In this document: one piece after another, positions 1 to 9,300 of the stretch
Layout: the number at the start of each line of letters is the position of its first letter
Position numbering within the stretch: the stretch's first letter is position 1
Assembly (NCBI GenBank): GCA_037441385.1
Contig: JBBISH010000166.1
Coordinates: 1 to 11,264 of the forward strand
Length of the DNA: 11,264 nucleotides
Reading direction: 5' to 3'
DNA from: Myxococcales bacterium
GTDB lineage: Bacteria; Myxococcota_A; UBA9042
Translations under genes and position numbers: made by a program
Notes under the pieces: model-generated
The model's input: only the letters and a program-made list of their open reading frames with translations
Databases searched by the model: none
What the model was told of the DNA's origin: nothing

Positions 1-107
1 CCATCGCGATGTGCACCAGCCCCACGCAGGGCCCGTGCCATCATCGCCGCTCGCGGCGCCATCGGGGGCTGGCCCCTAATTGTGGCGCGGCGGACGTTCG
101 GTGGCCC

Positions 108-316
108 TTATTTCATGGCGCGCTCCAGCGCGGCTTGCCAAGCGCAGATACGCCCTTCCGCCCAACTTTTGATCTTCGGCCGGAGCAGACCGGATTCTTT
201 CGGCTTGTTGACAAACCGCGCACATCCTGGGCGGCCTTGAACTGCGCCGCCCACGGCAGCCGTTTCGATTTGAATTTCAGGGTCGACGTGGCGTTGACGC
301 GCGGCGGCCAGCGGCG
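108..316 (-). pseudogene. Possible frameshifted gene remnant, unknown family
   Basis: Minus frame 316-212 (RRWPPRVNATSTLKFKSKRLPWAAQFKAAQDVRGL) has 30/35 codons ending in G/C. Coding-like sequence appears to continue in another frame (VNKPKESGLLRPKIKSWAEGRICAWQAALERAMK*) to TAA at 108-110. No family recognised. Confidence 0.25.
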
Positions 317-523
317 TAGCCTCGCTGACCGGGTTGGCGACGTGCGGCACGGGTCAAGTCCAGGTGGCGGCGTGCCGATCAGGGGTGGAGCGCAATGGTC
401 AGGGCGAATCAAGACGCGGTTGAGATGCATCTGCGCTTGTCCTGGGGCCAGCAACTCCGGGCGTCGGGGGTGCCGACTGCCAGGGCCCTTGCGTGCCGGT
501 CCGGTCGCGTAGCCAAGGCGCCG

Positions 524-2374
524 ATGCGGGCGCCAGGCAACCCCGCGGCCGTCCAATATCTGGGCCTTCTGAGCCCCGCCTTGGTCTTGGCGCGGTCGTG
601 CACGGGGGCTGGCGTGCTCCTTGCGCTGCTCTTGCTGGGGTGCGCTCCCGACCTGCCGGACTGCCGGTCCTTTGCCACCCCTTGCGCGGGGCCAAACAAC
701 CTGTCACTCGTCGTCCAAACGCCTAACGGGGCCAGCGACGATCCCTTGCAGCTCGCAGGGGACAAGTTCGTCGCGCTGACGGGCGAGGTGGACGGCAAGG
801 CAGACAGCACCTACCAAGTCGTCAGACCGTATACTGGCAGTAAAGACTTCGACATCCGCTGCCTGTGGGGAGCGTCTTGCCCTGGGCCCCCCGTGGGCAG
901 GGGGCGGCGGGTGCGCGTCGAGGTTTGGTCCAAGGGACCGTCCGGGACGCCCGAAATCCCGATTGGCCGGGGTCGGACCGTCCCGTTCGATGTGGCGGAA
1001 GACGGCAACCCGCAAGCGCTCTTGGCGTACGTCACGCGGCTCAATCGTTTTGCACCGGTGCAGGACGCTTCCGGCGGCGAGGCCAGTGTGTCGCTTGGCA
1101 GAGCCGGATGCAGCGCGAACACCCTTCCGGGTCCCGACGGTCGCGTCGTCATCGTTGGCGGGGCACTTCCTAGTCCGGGGGCCAAGAAGGCCTTTGATCC
1201 AAGCTCTTACGGCCAGTTCTCAGACGCAGTGACCGTGTATGACCCCAAGACTCGCGTGCTGAGCGCGCTTAGCCAACAGGGCCCCGAGTACGCACTCCAT
1301 GTACCGCGCGCCTTCCATGCCTCGGCGGCCGGCAAGACGGCCATCGTCATCGCCGGGGGCTACGTCAAGGGCGGGACCACGCCTCAAATTACCAATACAA
1401 TCGAGTACATCGACCAGAGTGGCAAGGTGCGAACTTCGCAGAGCAACTCGCCGGACCTCAAGTTCGCGCGGGCTGGCGCCACAGCCGTGCAAATGTTCGA
1501 AAACGATGACTTCTTCTTGATACTGGGCGGCAAGGGCGATACGCCCTGCAAGGACACGTTCGGCGAGGACCTGATCTGTGCCGGCAACACCTGGGAGCTG
1601 TGGCACCCGATCGAGGGCAACATGGCCCAAGGGCGGCTGAATGTGGCGCGCTGGAACCACGCAGGTGTACTTATTCCTGGAAAATCAGGTAGTTATGTGA
1701 TGCTGATCGGCGGCGAGAACGACGAGGGCGTCCGAGCCGATTTTGAAGTGGTGCAATTCACGGCGTCCGGCGGCGGCAGGATCTCGGACAAAGGCCAGAC
1801 CTGCACGAGTGATTCGTCGGCCAGCTGCGACACTTTCCTGTGGGAGCCGCTGGTCCAGTCCATGCCCGTGGCGCGGACCCTGCCCGGCGCCGCCTACGTC
1901 GCGGTGCCGCGTAGCTCGACCGAGCAGGTCTACAGCCACGTCTACATCATCGGCGGCTTCGCGGACAAGGCGCGCACCAAGGCGTTGGCCCGCTTGGACG
2001 TGTTCGACCTGCGCTGGGGTAAGTACCTCAACGCCGAAGGGTATTCGCTGTCGACGGGCCGCGCTGCTCCGATGGTGGCCGCCGTTCAGGACCCGACCAG
2101 ACAGGGCCAAGTCCTGATAGCCGGTGGAAGTGCCAGTGATACCATACACTTCGCGTCGGCCGAAATGATCTACGTCAGCGTCGGCGGCGGCCAAGAACCC
2201 GAGATTTCCATCCAAGTGAACATCTCGGATAATGAAATGCCGGGGGGCGGACACGCGTTGGGGCAGGCCATCGCGCTGAACACTGGCCACGTTTTGGTTC
2301 TGGGCGGTGTCGGCGCGACTACGTCTGGACTAATCGGACAAGACTCGGCCGCGCTGTGGAACCCGTGGTTCTGA
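524..2374 (+). CDS. Kelch-repeat (7-bladed beta-propeller) lipoprotein with an N-terminal beta-rich domain
   Basis: Within ORF 395-2374. A hydrophobic stretch and lipobox VLLALLLLG|C (Cys codon 641) favour a start at ATG 524 or TTG 581. Seven Kelch signatures: RAGCS..VVIVGG, RAFHA..IVIAGG, RAGAT..LILGG, RWNHA..MLIGG, RTLPG..YIIGG, RAAPM..LIAGG, HALGQ..LVLGG..WNP. Confidence 0.85.
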   Translation: MRAPGNPAAVQYLGLLSPALVLARSCTGAGVLLALLLLGCAPDLPDCRSFATPCAGPNNLSLVVQTPNGASDDPLQLAGDKFVALTGEVDGKADSTYQVVRPYTGSKDFDIRCLWGASCPGPPVGRGRRVRVEVWSKGPSGTPEIPIGRGRTVPFDVAEDGNPQALLAYVTRLNRFAPVQDASGGEASVSLGRAGCSANTLPGPDGRVVIVGGALPSPGAKKAFDPSSYGQFSDAVTVYDPKTRVLSALSQQGPEYALHVPRAFHASAAGKTAIVIAGGYVKGGTTPQITNTIEYIDQSGKVRTSQSNSPDLKFARAGATAVQMFENDDFFLILGGKGDTPCKDTFGEDLICAGNTWELWHPIEGNMAQGRLNVARWNHAGVLIPGKSGSYVMLIGGENDEGVRADFEVVQFTASGGGRISDKGQTCTSDSSASCDTFLWEPLVQSMPVARTLPGAAYVAVPRSSTEQVYSHVYIIGGFADKARTKALARLDVFDLRWGKYLNAEGYSLSTGRAAPMVAAVQDPTRQGQVLIAGGSASDTIHFASAEMIYVSVGGGQEPEISIQVNISDNEMPGGGHALGQAIALNTGHVLVLGGVGATTSGLIGQDSAALWNPWF

Positions 2375-2479
2375 CGTACCATAGCCCAACGTCTTGGCCA
2401 GGCAGTGTAGTTGGCAACCGCTTGCTAGAAACGGACTGAGGGCGTACGCTCGACCGGCGTTTTCGTTAGAAGTTGCCCC

Positions 2480-4315
2480 ATGCCCATACCGCCACCGTCG
2501 ACCCAACGCCGATGCCCAATCTGCAACACGCAGACCGCGGCCCAGCATTGTCCTTCGGACGGCACGCAGACCTTGCGCCAAGGGGCCGCGACGCGCGACG
2601 CTCTGTCGTACCGGCCCGGCGAAGTGCTCGGTGGCCGTTACAAGGTGCTTGGCACGCTTGGACGGGGCGGCTTTGGTGCGGTGTACGCGGGCGAACACAC
2701 CGGGACCAAGCAACTCGTGGCGCTCAAGGTGTTGGCGCTTGACGCATCCACAGCTGACGACGACGTGGTCAAGCGCTTTTTCCAGGAGGCCCAAGTCACG
2801 GCGCGGCTCAAGGCGCAGAATACGGTGCGCTTGTTCGATGTGGGTCAAGACGATGGTGGTCCGCTGTTCTTGGCGATGGAGCTGCTGGAAGGTCCCAATC
2901 TGCAACTGGTGCTCAAGGCCCTCAAGTCCGAGGGCCGGGTCATGACCGAGCCGCAAACCCTGGACATCGCAATCGCGGTGTTGCGCAGCCTACACGAGGC
3001 GCACGGCCACGGCCTTGTGCACCGCGACCTCAAGCCAGCCAACGTGATCTTGGCGACTAGTGAAGACGACGAGCCGCTGGTCAAGGTCCTCGATTTTGGT
3101 ATTGCGCGCACCCAAGATTCATCGCTGACAGGATCCGGGCGGGCGTTGGGCACGCCGAGCTATATGAGCCCTGAGCAATGTGAGTGTGAGCCGCTGGACG
3201 GGCGAAGCGATCTCTATTCTCTTGGGGTCATTCTGTTTGAGTGTGTGTGCGGAGTGTTGCCGTACGTCAATGATTCGGCGATGGGTGTGATGTACATGCA
3301 CCGCCATGGCGAGATCCCCAGCCTGCGCGCGGCGGCCCAGACTCCGGTGAGCACAGGCTTTGTGCAAGTAGTTCAGCGCCTCTTGGCCAAGTCGCCCAGC
3401 GCTCGTGCCAAGGACGCACGCAGCCTGCGCGCCGAGTTGGAAGCCCTGCGCTCGCAGAGCCACGTCGCGGGCACGCCGCCACCCTTGCCGTCGACTGCGA
3501 ACACGATTTCGGCGCCGCAGCGAACCCAGCCGTATGCCCGCGGGTCGACCAGCGACGACCCGCCTTCGACGATTCAGGTGCCGGTGACGCCGCACCGGGC
3601 CGGCGCGGCACTATCCAAACCTTCCGCATCAACCTCTGCGGCTCCCGCGTCGGGCCGGCTAGCGCCGTTGACCCTGTTGACCGGCAAGCTGCCGACAGGG
3701 GAACGGCCGGTTGCTGTGGCCGATCTGATGGCTCAGGCGGTACAGGACGCAGACGAAGCGCCGCCAGACGAGGGCGAGGTGCAGCCAGAAGTCGCCGAGG
3801 TGGACGACTCGGCCCCACGGCAGCACCGCTTGCTCCGCAGCGCCGTCGCGGCGAGCTTGGGGCTGCTCGCGGCCGCAGCAGCGATCTGGGCGCTGCGCCA
3901 ATCCGACCAGCCCTCCATCGCGCCATCTGGCCAGCAGGTGCCGGCGTCGCCTGCCGTCCCGCCGCCGTTACCTGCGCCGCCGCCACTGCAAGCGGCGCCC
4001 GCCACCGCAGCAAGTCCACCGATCAAGGCACTCGGTGGAGCGCCGATGGCCCCGCCCGCGCCGCCCCCGGTCGCCACACCCGCAGTCGACGCCGACGCAA
4101 TCACGGCCAAGGCACTTGCCGATTTGGCCACCGACGCCAAGAATGAGGTGGCGTTGCGTGTCAAATCGGCGCAGGAGGCGGCCCGGCTGCAGCCGGCCAA
4201 TGCTGAGTACAAGTCGCTACTTGACAAGGTTATCGCGGAGCAGAAGGCCAAGTCAAAACAGCAATCCAAGCCCAGGAAAGGCAGCCATGAGCCCAAACGC
4301 GGGGACATTGACTAG
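2480..4315 (+). CDS. Membrane-anchored Hanks-type serine/threonine protein kinase
   Basis: GRGGFG P-loop, VALK, HRDLKPAN catalytic loop, DFG, GTPSYMSPE and DLYSLG motifs. N-terminal CPIC-x8-CPSD zinc-ribbon-like motif. TM segment AVAASLGLLAAAAAIWAL (~3842-3895), followed by a Pro/Ala-rich extracytoplasmic region. Confidence 0.96.
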   Translation: MPIPPPSTQRRCPICNTQTAAQHCPSDGTQTLRQGAATRDALSYRPGEVLGGRYKVLGTLGRGGFGAVYAGEHTGTKQLVALKVLALDASTADDDVVKRFFQEAQVTARLKAQNTVRLFDVGQDDGGPLFLAMELLEGPNLQLVLKALKSEGRVMTEPQTLDIAIAVLRSLHEAHGHGLVHRDLKPANVILATSEDDEPLVKVLDFGIARTQDSSLTGSGRALGTPSYMSPEQCECEPLDGRSDLYSLGVILFECVCGVLPYVNDSAMGVMYMHRHGEIPSLRAAAQTPVSTGFVQVVQRLLAKSPSARAKDARSLRAELEALRSQSHVAGTPPPLPSTANTISAPQRTQPYARGSTSDDPPSTIQVPVTPHRAGAALSKPSASTSAAPASGRLAPLTLLTGKLPTGERPVAVADLMAQAVQDADEAPPDEGEVQPEVAEVDDSAPRQHRLLRSAVAASLGLLAAAAAIWALRQSDQPSIAPSGQQVPASPAVPPPLPAPPPLQAAPATAASPPIKALGGAPMAPPAPPPVATPAVDADAITAKALADLATDAKNEVALRVKSAQEAARLQPANAEYKSLLDKVIAEQKAKSKQQSKPRKGSHEPKRGDID

Positions 4316-5564
4316 GATTTTGGCAGTGGTCGCCGCGCTGGGCATTGCCCTCGCGACGGCGCCGATGCCGGCGGCCGCGGCGACGCCCAAGGCCCAACAG
4401 GAGGAGGCTGCGGCTTTGTCGCGCTTGGCGGCGAAGCGGGCCGAGTCGGGCGAGTTCGCCAAAGCAGCCGAGATGTTTCACGAGGCGTACCGCATCGATG
4501 CGGGCTATCCGGGCTATCTGTACAGCGCCGCCCGCGCCGAGGAAAAAGCCGGCATGCTTGCAGAAGCAGAGCGGGACTACACGAAGTTCATCGACGTGGC
4601 GCCCAAGGGCCACCCCAAGTTGGGCGATGCTGCCAAGAATCTAAACCATGTTCGAAGCTTGAGAAGTACCGCGGTCACGGCTGCAGAGGCCGCGAAGAAA
4701 GCCGCTTCGGAAAAGGCCGCAGCAGAAAGTGCCGCAGCTGCAAGGCTAGCCGAGGAGAGGGCTGCGGCAGACCGGATCGCCGCAGAGAAGGCAAAGGCCC
4801 AGAGAGACGCGGCGGAGAGGGCTGCGGCAGAGAAGGCCGCGGCAGAGAAGGCTGCGGCAGAGCGGATCGCGGCAGAGAAGGCAAAGGCCCAGAGAGACGC
4901 GGCAGAGAGGGCTGCGGCAGAGAAGGCCGCGGCAGAGAAGGCCGCGGCAGAGAAGGCAAAGGCCCAGAGAGACGCGGCAGAGAGGGCTGCGGCAGAGAAG
5001 GCCGCGGCCGCAAAGGAGGCCGCCGATCAGGCTCAGGCCGCGAAGAAGGCGGAGGCGGACCGGGAACGGCGCGAAAAGGCTGAGTCAGAGGCGCGCGCGG
5101 CCGCACGTGCCGACTTGGACCGGCGGGCTCGGGCGCAGGCGGCGCTAGAACGGCGCAACCGCGACCGGCAGAAACTGGAGGAGCACTCCGGCGGTGCGAC
5201 AGGGCCCAAGGCCGAGCCCGGCATCACTGCCGCAGACGAGCGAGACAACGGAGCGACCGCGTGGTACATCGGGGGCGGAGCTGCAGCGGTCGTGGCGATC
5301 GGTCTGGCAGCATGGGCCCAGAGCGATGCAGCGGATCTGGCCGCAAGCTACGAGGTGAAGGATTCCAGCGGCGCCATCACCGGCGTCACCTACGACGATG
5401 CAGCGGCGCAGACGCGGTCGATCCATGCCCGCGCCTACACTGCCGCCGGCGTCGGTGTTGTCGGGGTCGGCCTGTTCATCGTGGGCGTCGTCAAGGCCAT
5501 GGGTGGAAAGTCCATCGCTTGTCTGCCAGCCGGCGACGGTGCGGCGCTGGCGTGGCGGTTCTAG
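4287..5564 (+). CDS. Secreted TPR protein with TolA-like Ala/Glu/Lys helical stalk and hydrophobic C-terminal anchor ending in Phe
   Basis: Within ORF 4035-5564. ATG 4287 follows AGGAAAGG (alternative start TTG 4308). Signal peptide TRILAVVAALGIALATAPMPAAA. TPR-like GEFAKAAEMFHEAYRIDAGYPGYLYSAARAEEKAGMLAEAERDYTKFI. AAEKA repeats, two Gly/Ala-rich hydrophobic segments and terminal GAALAWRF. Confidence 0.85.
   Translation: MSPNAGTLTRILAVVAALGIALATAPMPAAAATPKAQQEEAAALSRLAAKRAESGEFAKAAEMFHEAYRIDAGYPGYLYSAARAEEKAGMLAEAERDYTKFIDVAPKGHPKLGDAAKNLNHVRSLRSTAVTAAEAAKKAASEKAAAESAAAARLAEERAAADRIAAEKAKAQRDAAERAAAEKAAAEKAAAERIAAEKAKAQRDAAERAAAEKAAAEKAAAEKAKAQRDAAERAAAEKAAAAKEAADQAQAAKKAEADRERREKAESEARAAARADLDRRARAQAALERRNRDRQKLEEHSGGATGPKAEPGITAADERDNGATAWYIGGGAAAVVAIGLAAWAQSDAADLAASYEVKDSSGAITGVTYDDAAAQTRSIHARAYTAAGVGVVGVGLFIVGVVKAMGGKSIACLPAGDGAALAWRF
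4755..5007 (+). repeat. Intragenic tandem repeat: 15-bp unit (GCGGCAGAGAAGGCC-like, AAEKA) nested in 75-90 bp higher-order units
   Basis: The block GCAGAGAAGGCAAAGGCCCAGAGAGACGCGGC recurs at 4782, 4872 and 4947 (spacings 90 and 75), separated by 15-bp units. Confidence 0.92.
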
Positions 5565-5860
5565 TTCAGTCAGGCTGACCTGCATAGCCAGCGCATCCGA
5601 CCACGCGGCCGCTGGCTCGCCCAGGGTCGTGGCCGGCAATTCGTCCCGCATCGTCTTGAGTGTCGCCTGGTTCTCGTCTGTTGTGTCAAGTGGGCTGCGA
5701 CCGTGCTGCGACCGTGCTGGCCGGCGGCGGTACGGCAGTCGCCGCGCTCGCGCCACCGGCGCAGTACCAATCTTGAAGCGCGCTGCAATCTTCGTGCAAC
5801 TGCCGTCGCCGTCCCGGTGGCGTCCACGGCCAGGTGCCGCCGGTGGTCAAAGAGCGCCAT
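5565..5860 (-). pseudogene. Degraded IS630-family transposase N-terminal (HTH) remnant
   Basis: Joining frames gives MALFDHRRHLAVDA/RDGDGSCTKIAARFKIG/LRRWRERGDCRTAAGQHGRS/PLDTTDENQATLKTMRDELPATTLGEPAAAWSDALAMQVS. This matches the IS630 N-terminal pattern (..IA.RF.V....V.RW.RR.RE.G......GR......L.......P..TL.E........VS). No DDE domain. The remnant abuts CTAG at 5561-5564. Confidence 0.68.
5694..5719. repeat. 11-bp tandem duplication GCTGCGACCGT x2 (+GCTG)
   Basis: Exact copies at 5694-5704 and 5705-5715. Confidence 0.9.
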
Positions 5861-6337
5861 CGACCAGCCCCGCGAACCCGGTGATTCGGATTCCGTCCAA
5901 GTCGGCGCGAAAACTCCTGCAATTCTTCCCGCTTAATGCGGAGGGGCCGTGAATGCGTACTGCGGCGCTTCTTGTGGCTGCTTTGGGCTCGCAACTGGCT
6001 CCCAGCGCTCCATCTCGCGGCCCTCGCGGTCGATCATCGCGGCGCGGCCGCGGCGACGCGTGCTTGCAGGCCCCCGGGAATGTCGCAGGCCTCGGCGACG
6101 GCTTCACTGTGGGGTGGGGCGAATATTTACGGAGCAGGTACGGGCGAGCGGGTGGCAGGGCGCAGCGGCCACCAAAGTGCTGGGGATGACGGGGTTGGCC
6201 TGCCATGCGGGGCTTCCGGGGTGCCTTGGGCTGCCTACGTGACGGGGCGGCCGTTTGCATTGCAAGTTCGCGCACTTGGTGCGACTCACGGCGCCGTTTG
6301 CCTCCGGGGCGCCATCACTTGATTACGAGAAGGACTG

Positions 6338-9300
6338 TCACGGGTAGCTTCGCACACAGCGCATACCCAGGCCGTCTTGAGCATCGGTTTCGACCGTGCC
6401 AGCGCGGAGAGAAGCTCGTTGGCTGTTCGCATCATTGACGAAACTGCCGCCTCGCACGGTCCGGGCGGCTCCGCTTCCTGGGCCACTCGGATCGGCGGAA
6501 GGCGAAACGCTGTAGTAGGCGGCGTCGTATGTATCGCGGGTCCACTCCCAGACGTTGCCTGCCATGTCGTGCAGCCCATACGGGCTGTCGCCGGCGGTCT
6601 TCGAACCCACCGACCACGTCGAGGCGGCGCCGCAGCCCACCGCAGTACCGTCGACCATCACGGCGAGGCTGCAACTCGCCGGCGTCTCGCCCCAAGGGTA
6701 TGTGCGCATCGCCTGGGCACACGAGGCGTCGCTTGCCGCCTTGCCGTTCTTTGCGCAATCGCCACGCGCAGCCATCTCCCATTGCGCCTCGGTCGGCAGA
6801 TCGAAGCCTTCCCCGCGCCACTTGCAGTACTGCTGTGCGTGCGCCCAGTTTACACAGTTGACTGGATCCTGCTCCTTGCCCGCCTTCGCCCAGTTGCAGG
6901 CGACCGCCGCCAGGTCGGTGGCCGCCGAACACGCACCCGCATCGACGCACTTCTTGTACTGAGCCACCGTCGTTTCGCTGACGTCTACGTAGTAGGCACT
7001 CAGCGTCACTTTGTGTTGCGGGTCCTCGTCGGGCTGGCACTTCGAGTCTTTTGCGGAATTGCAGCCCATCCACAAGGTTCCCCCGGGAATCAAGACCATG
7101 CCTGCCGGTGTGCTGGGAACGACGCATTTGCCCGTGGCATCGCATAGGCCAGCGCCGCCGCACGCCGTGCCGACAGCCACTGGCGCATGCTTACAGCCGC
7201 TCGCAGCGGCGCAACTGTCGGCCGTGCATATGTTGCCATCATCGCAGTTGGGCGCGACGCCCCCGACGCACACGCCACTGCCGCACGCGTCCGCGGTCGT
7301 GCACGCGCTCCCGTCATCGCACGCGCCGGTGCTGTCCACATGCTGACAAACACCTTTGTCGTCACATACATCAGCAGTACACGCGTTGGCGTCGTTGCAT
7401 GCGGCATCGCTACCACAGATGGATCGGGCACAACGCAATCCGACGGACTTGCCGACACCGTTCGAGTCGCCGGTGCCGCGCGCAGCGGCGCGCATGTACT
7501 TGGCCGTCCAATCAAACCCTCCCCCGCGGGTGACGCGCTTGCTGCCGCTGGTGGGTCCGGTGGGGTCTTGCGTGGCGGTCTCGGCGAAGGCGCCGTACCA
7601 ATCGCGTGTCCACTCCCAAACATTGCCCGCCATGTCGTGTAGCCCGTATGGACTGTCGCCCGCCGTTTTGGATCCGACCGCCCATGTCGCGCCCGTGCCG
7701 CAACCTGGGGTGCCATCGTCCATCACGGCCCGCGTGCAGTCGGCGGGGAGCTCGCCCCAGGTCGCGGTACGCATCTTGGTCTTGCAGTTCACGTTGCTGC
7801 CGGCACTGCCATTGAGTTCACAAGTGCCGCGCGCCGCCATCTCCCACTGCGCTTCCGTGGGCAGGTCGAAGCCCGCTCCGCGCCACGTGCAGTAGGCGCG
7901 CGCCTGGGACCACGTCACAAAGTTCACCGGATTTTGCCCCAGGCCAGGGTAGGTTGCGAACTGCGCAGGCTGGACTGCCAAGGGAACCGTACATGCGCCC
8001 GCATCGACGCAAGACTTGTACTGTGCAACTGTCGTCTCGGTCAAGTCCATGTAGTAGCTTGATAATGTCACCTGGTGCTGCGGGACCTGGTCAGTTGTGG
8101 TGCAGGTCGTGTCGGTGGCGGCGTTGCACCCCATCCAGAACGTACCGCCGGGGATCAGCGCCATGCCCGAGGGCGGGTACGGCGCGACGCAACCACCGCC
8201 GTCATCGCACGATTTCCCGCCGCCACACGACGTGCCCGCCGCGCTGGGCGTGTACACGCAGCCAGTGGTAGACACGCAGCTATCTGAGGTGCAAGCTTTC
8301 CCGTCGCTACACGCCAGGGGTGGCCCTCCCGTACACTTGTCACCTGCGCAAGCGTCGCCGGTCGTGCATGGATTGCCGTCGCTGCACGTGGTGTTGCCCG
8401 CAGCGGGCGTGTGTGTGCAGCCTATCTTCGGATTGCAGGCGTCCGTCGTGCAAGCGTTGTTGTCCTCGCACGTCAGCGGCTTCCCACAGACCATGCCAGC
8501 GCACGTGAAGCCGGACGTGCAGGCACTGCCGTCGTCGCAGGCCTGCGTGTTTGGCGAGTACATGCATTTGCCGGCCGGGCACGCGTCGTCGGTGCAGGCG
8601 TTGCCGTCGCTGCAATCGCCTAGCGTAGTGCAGGACTTGCCGGTGCATACACCGCCCTCGCAGGTCTGCGTTGTCACCGGGCCGCTGCCGGGTGAGTTTT
8701 TGCCCCAACGGAAGTCGTCAAGGATCACGACAGAGTCGTTGATGTGGTCGCCCTCGTCGAAGATGACCATCCGCAACGTGATGGTCTCGCCGGGCGCCAC
8801 AGGCGCGGTCGTGGTCAGCCAGTTCGTCCCGCCGCCGACGCCGTTCTCGTAGCCCGTGCCGACCAAGCCAAGGGCGCCCAACGGACACCCCGCGCACGCT
8901 AGGAATAGTGAACTGTTGATGCCGATGCACCCGCCTTTGGCGTCGAACGCCACGTTACCCTTGAAGCCCTTGGAGTCGAGAATGGCCAGGAACTTGTCGT
9001 TGAACTGCGTGCCGACCCACTCCGGGTACTCGGCGGACATGAAGTTGAAGTCAAAGGAGAGCGATTGTGCGTTGGTCGGGACCTTGAGCACCAGCTTCCA
9101 CTCCGTGTAGTCATAGGCGCTGCCCGAACTTACGCACTTGCCGCTCGGATTTGGCGCAGTGTTGGCAAACGCGGTTCCGGCCTGCGGCGACACATAGCTC
9201 GGGTCGCCTTCGGCCGCGGCGACTCCCGTCGACAACACGACGAAATGCGAACCGTTGAACGGATTGGTGTTAGCGCCGTAGTGTGTCGCGATGGCGCGCG

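Noticed and set aside
56..88. GC-rich hairpin near the left edge
   Set aside because: Imperfect, has no U-tract, and is expected by chance at this GC content.
395..523. Longest-ORF starts at 395, 4035 and 10342
   Set aside because: The extensions are low-complexity or overlap other features, and signal peptides only make sense from about 524/581, 4287 and 10045.
2412..2425. Sigma54-like TGGCAA-CCGC-TTGC upstream of the kinase
   Set aside because: The GG-to-GC spacing is one base shorter than the strict -24/-12 requirement.
4755..5007. CRISPR-like array
   Set aside because: There are no unique spacers; the repeats are in-frame coding units of the stalk.
5935..6115. Minus-strand coding-like fragments (EAVAEACDIPGGLQARVAAA / AMIDREGREMERWEPVASPKQPQEAPQY)
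   Set aside because: Broken across frames with no recognisable family; possibly gene debris, but not supportable.
7423..7540. C-terminal segment of FGE domain 1 as a DGR template repeat for domain 2
   Set aside because: Differences from 6338-6465 are not adenine-specific, it is not AAC-rich, and it lies within the same CDS.
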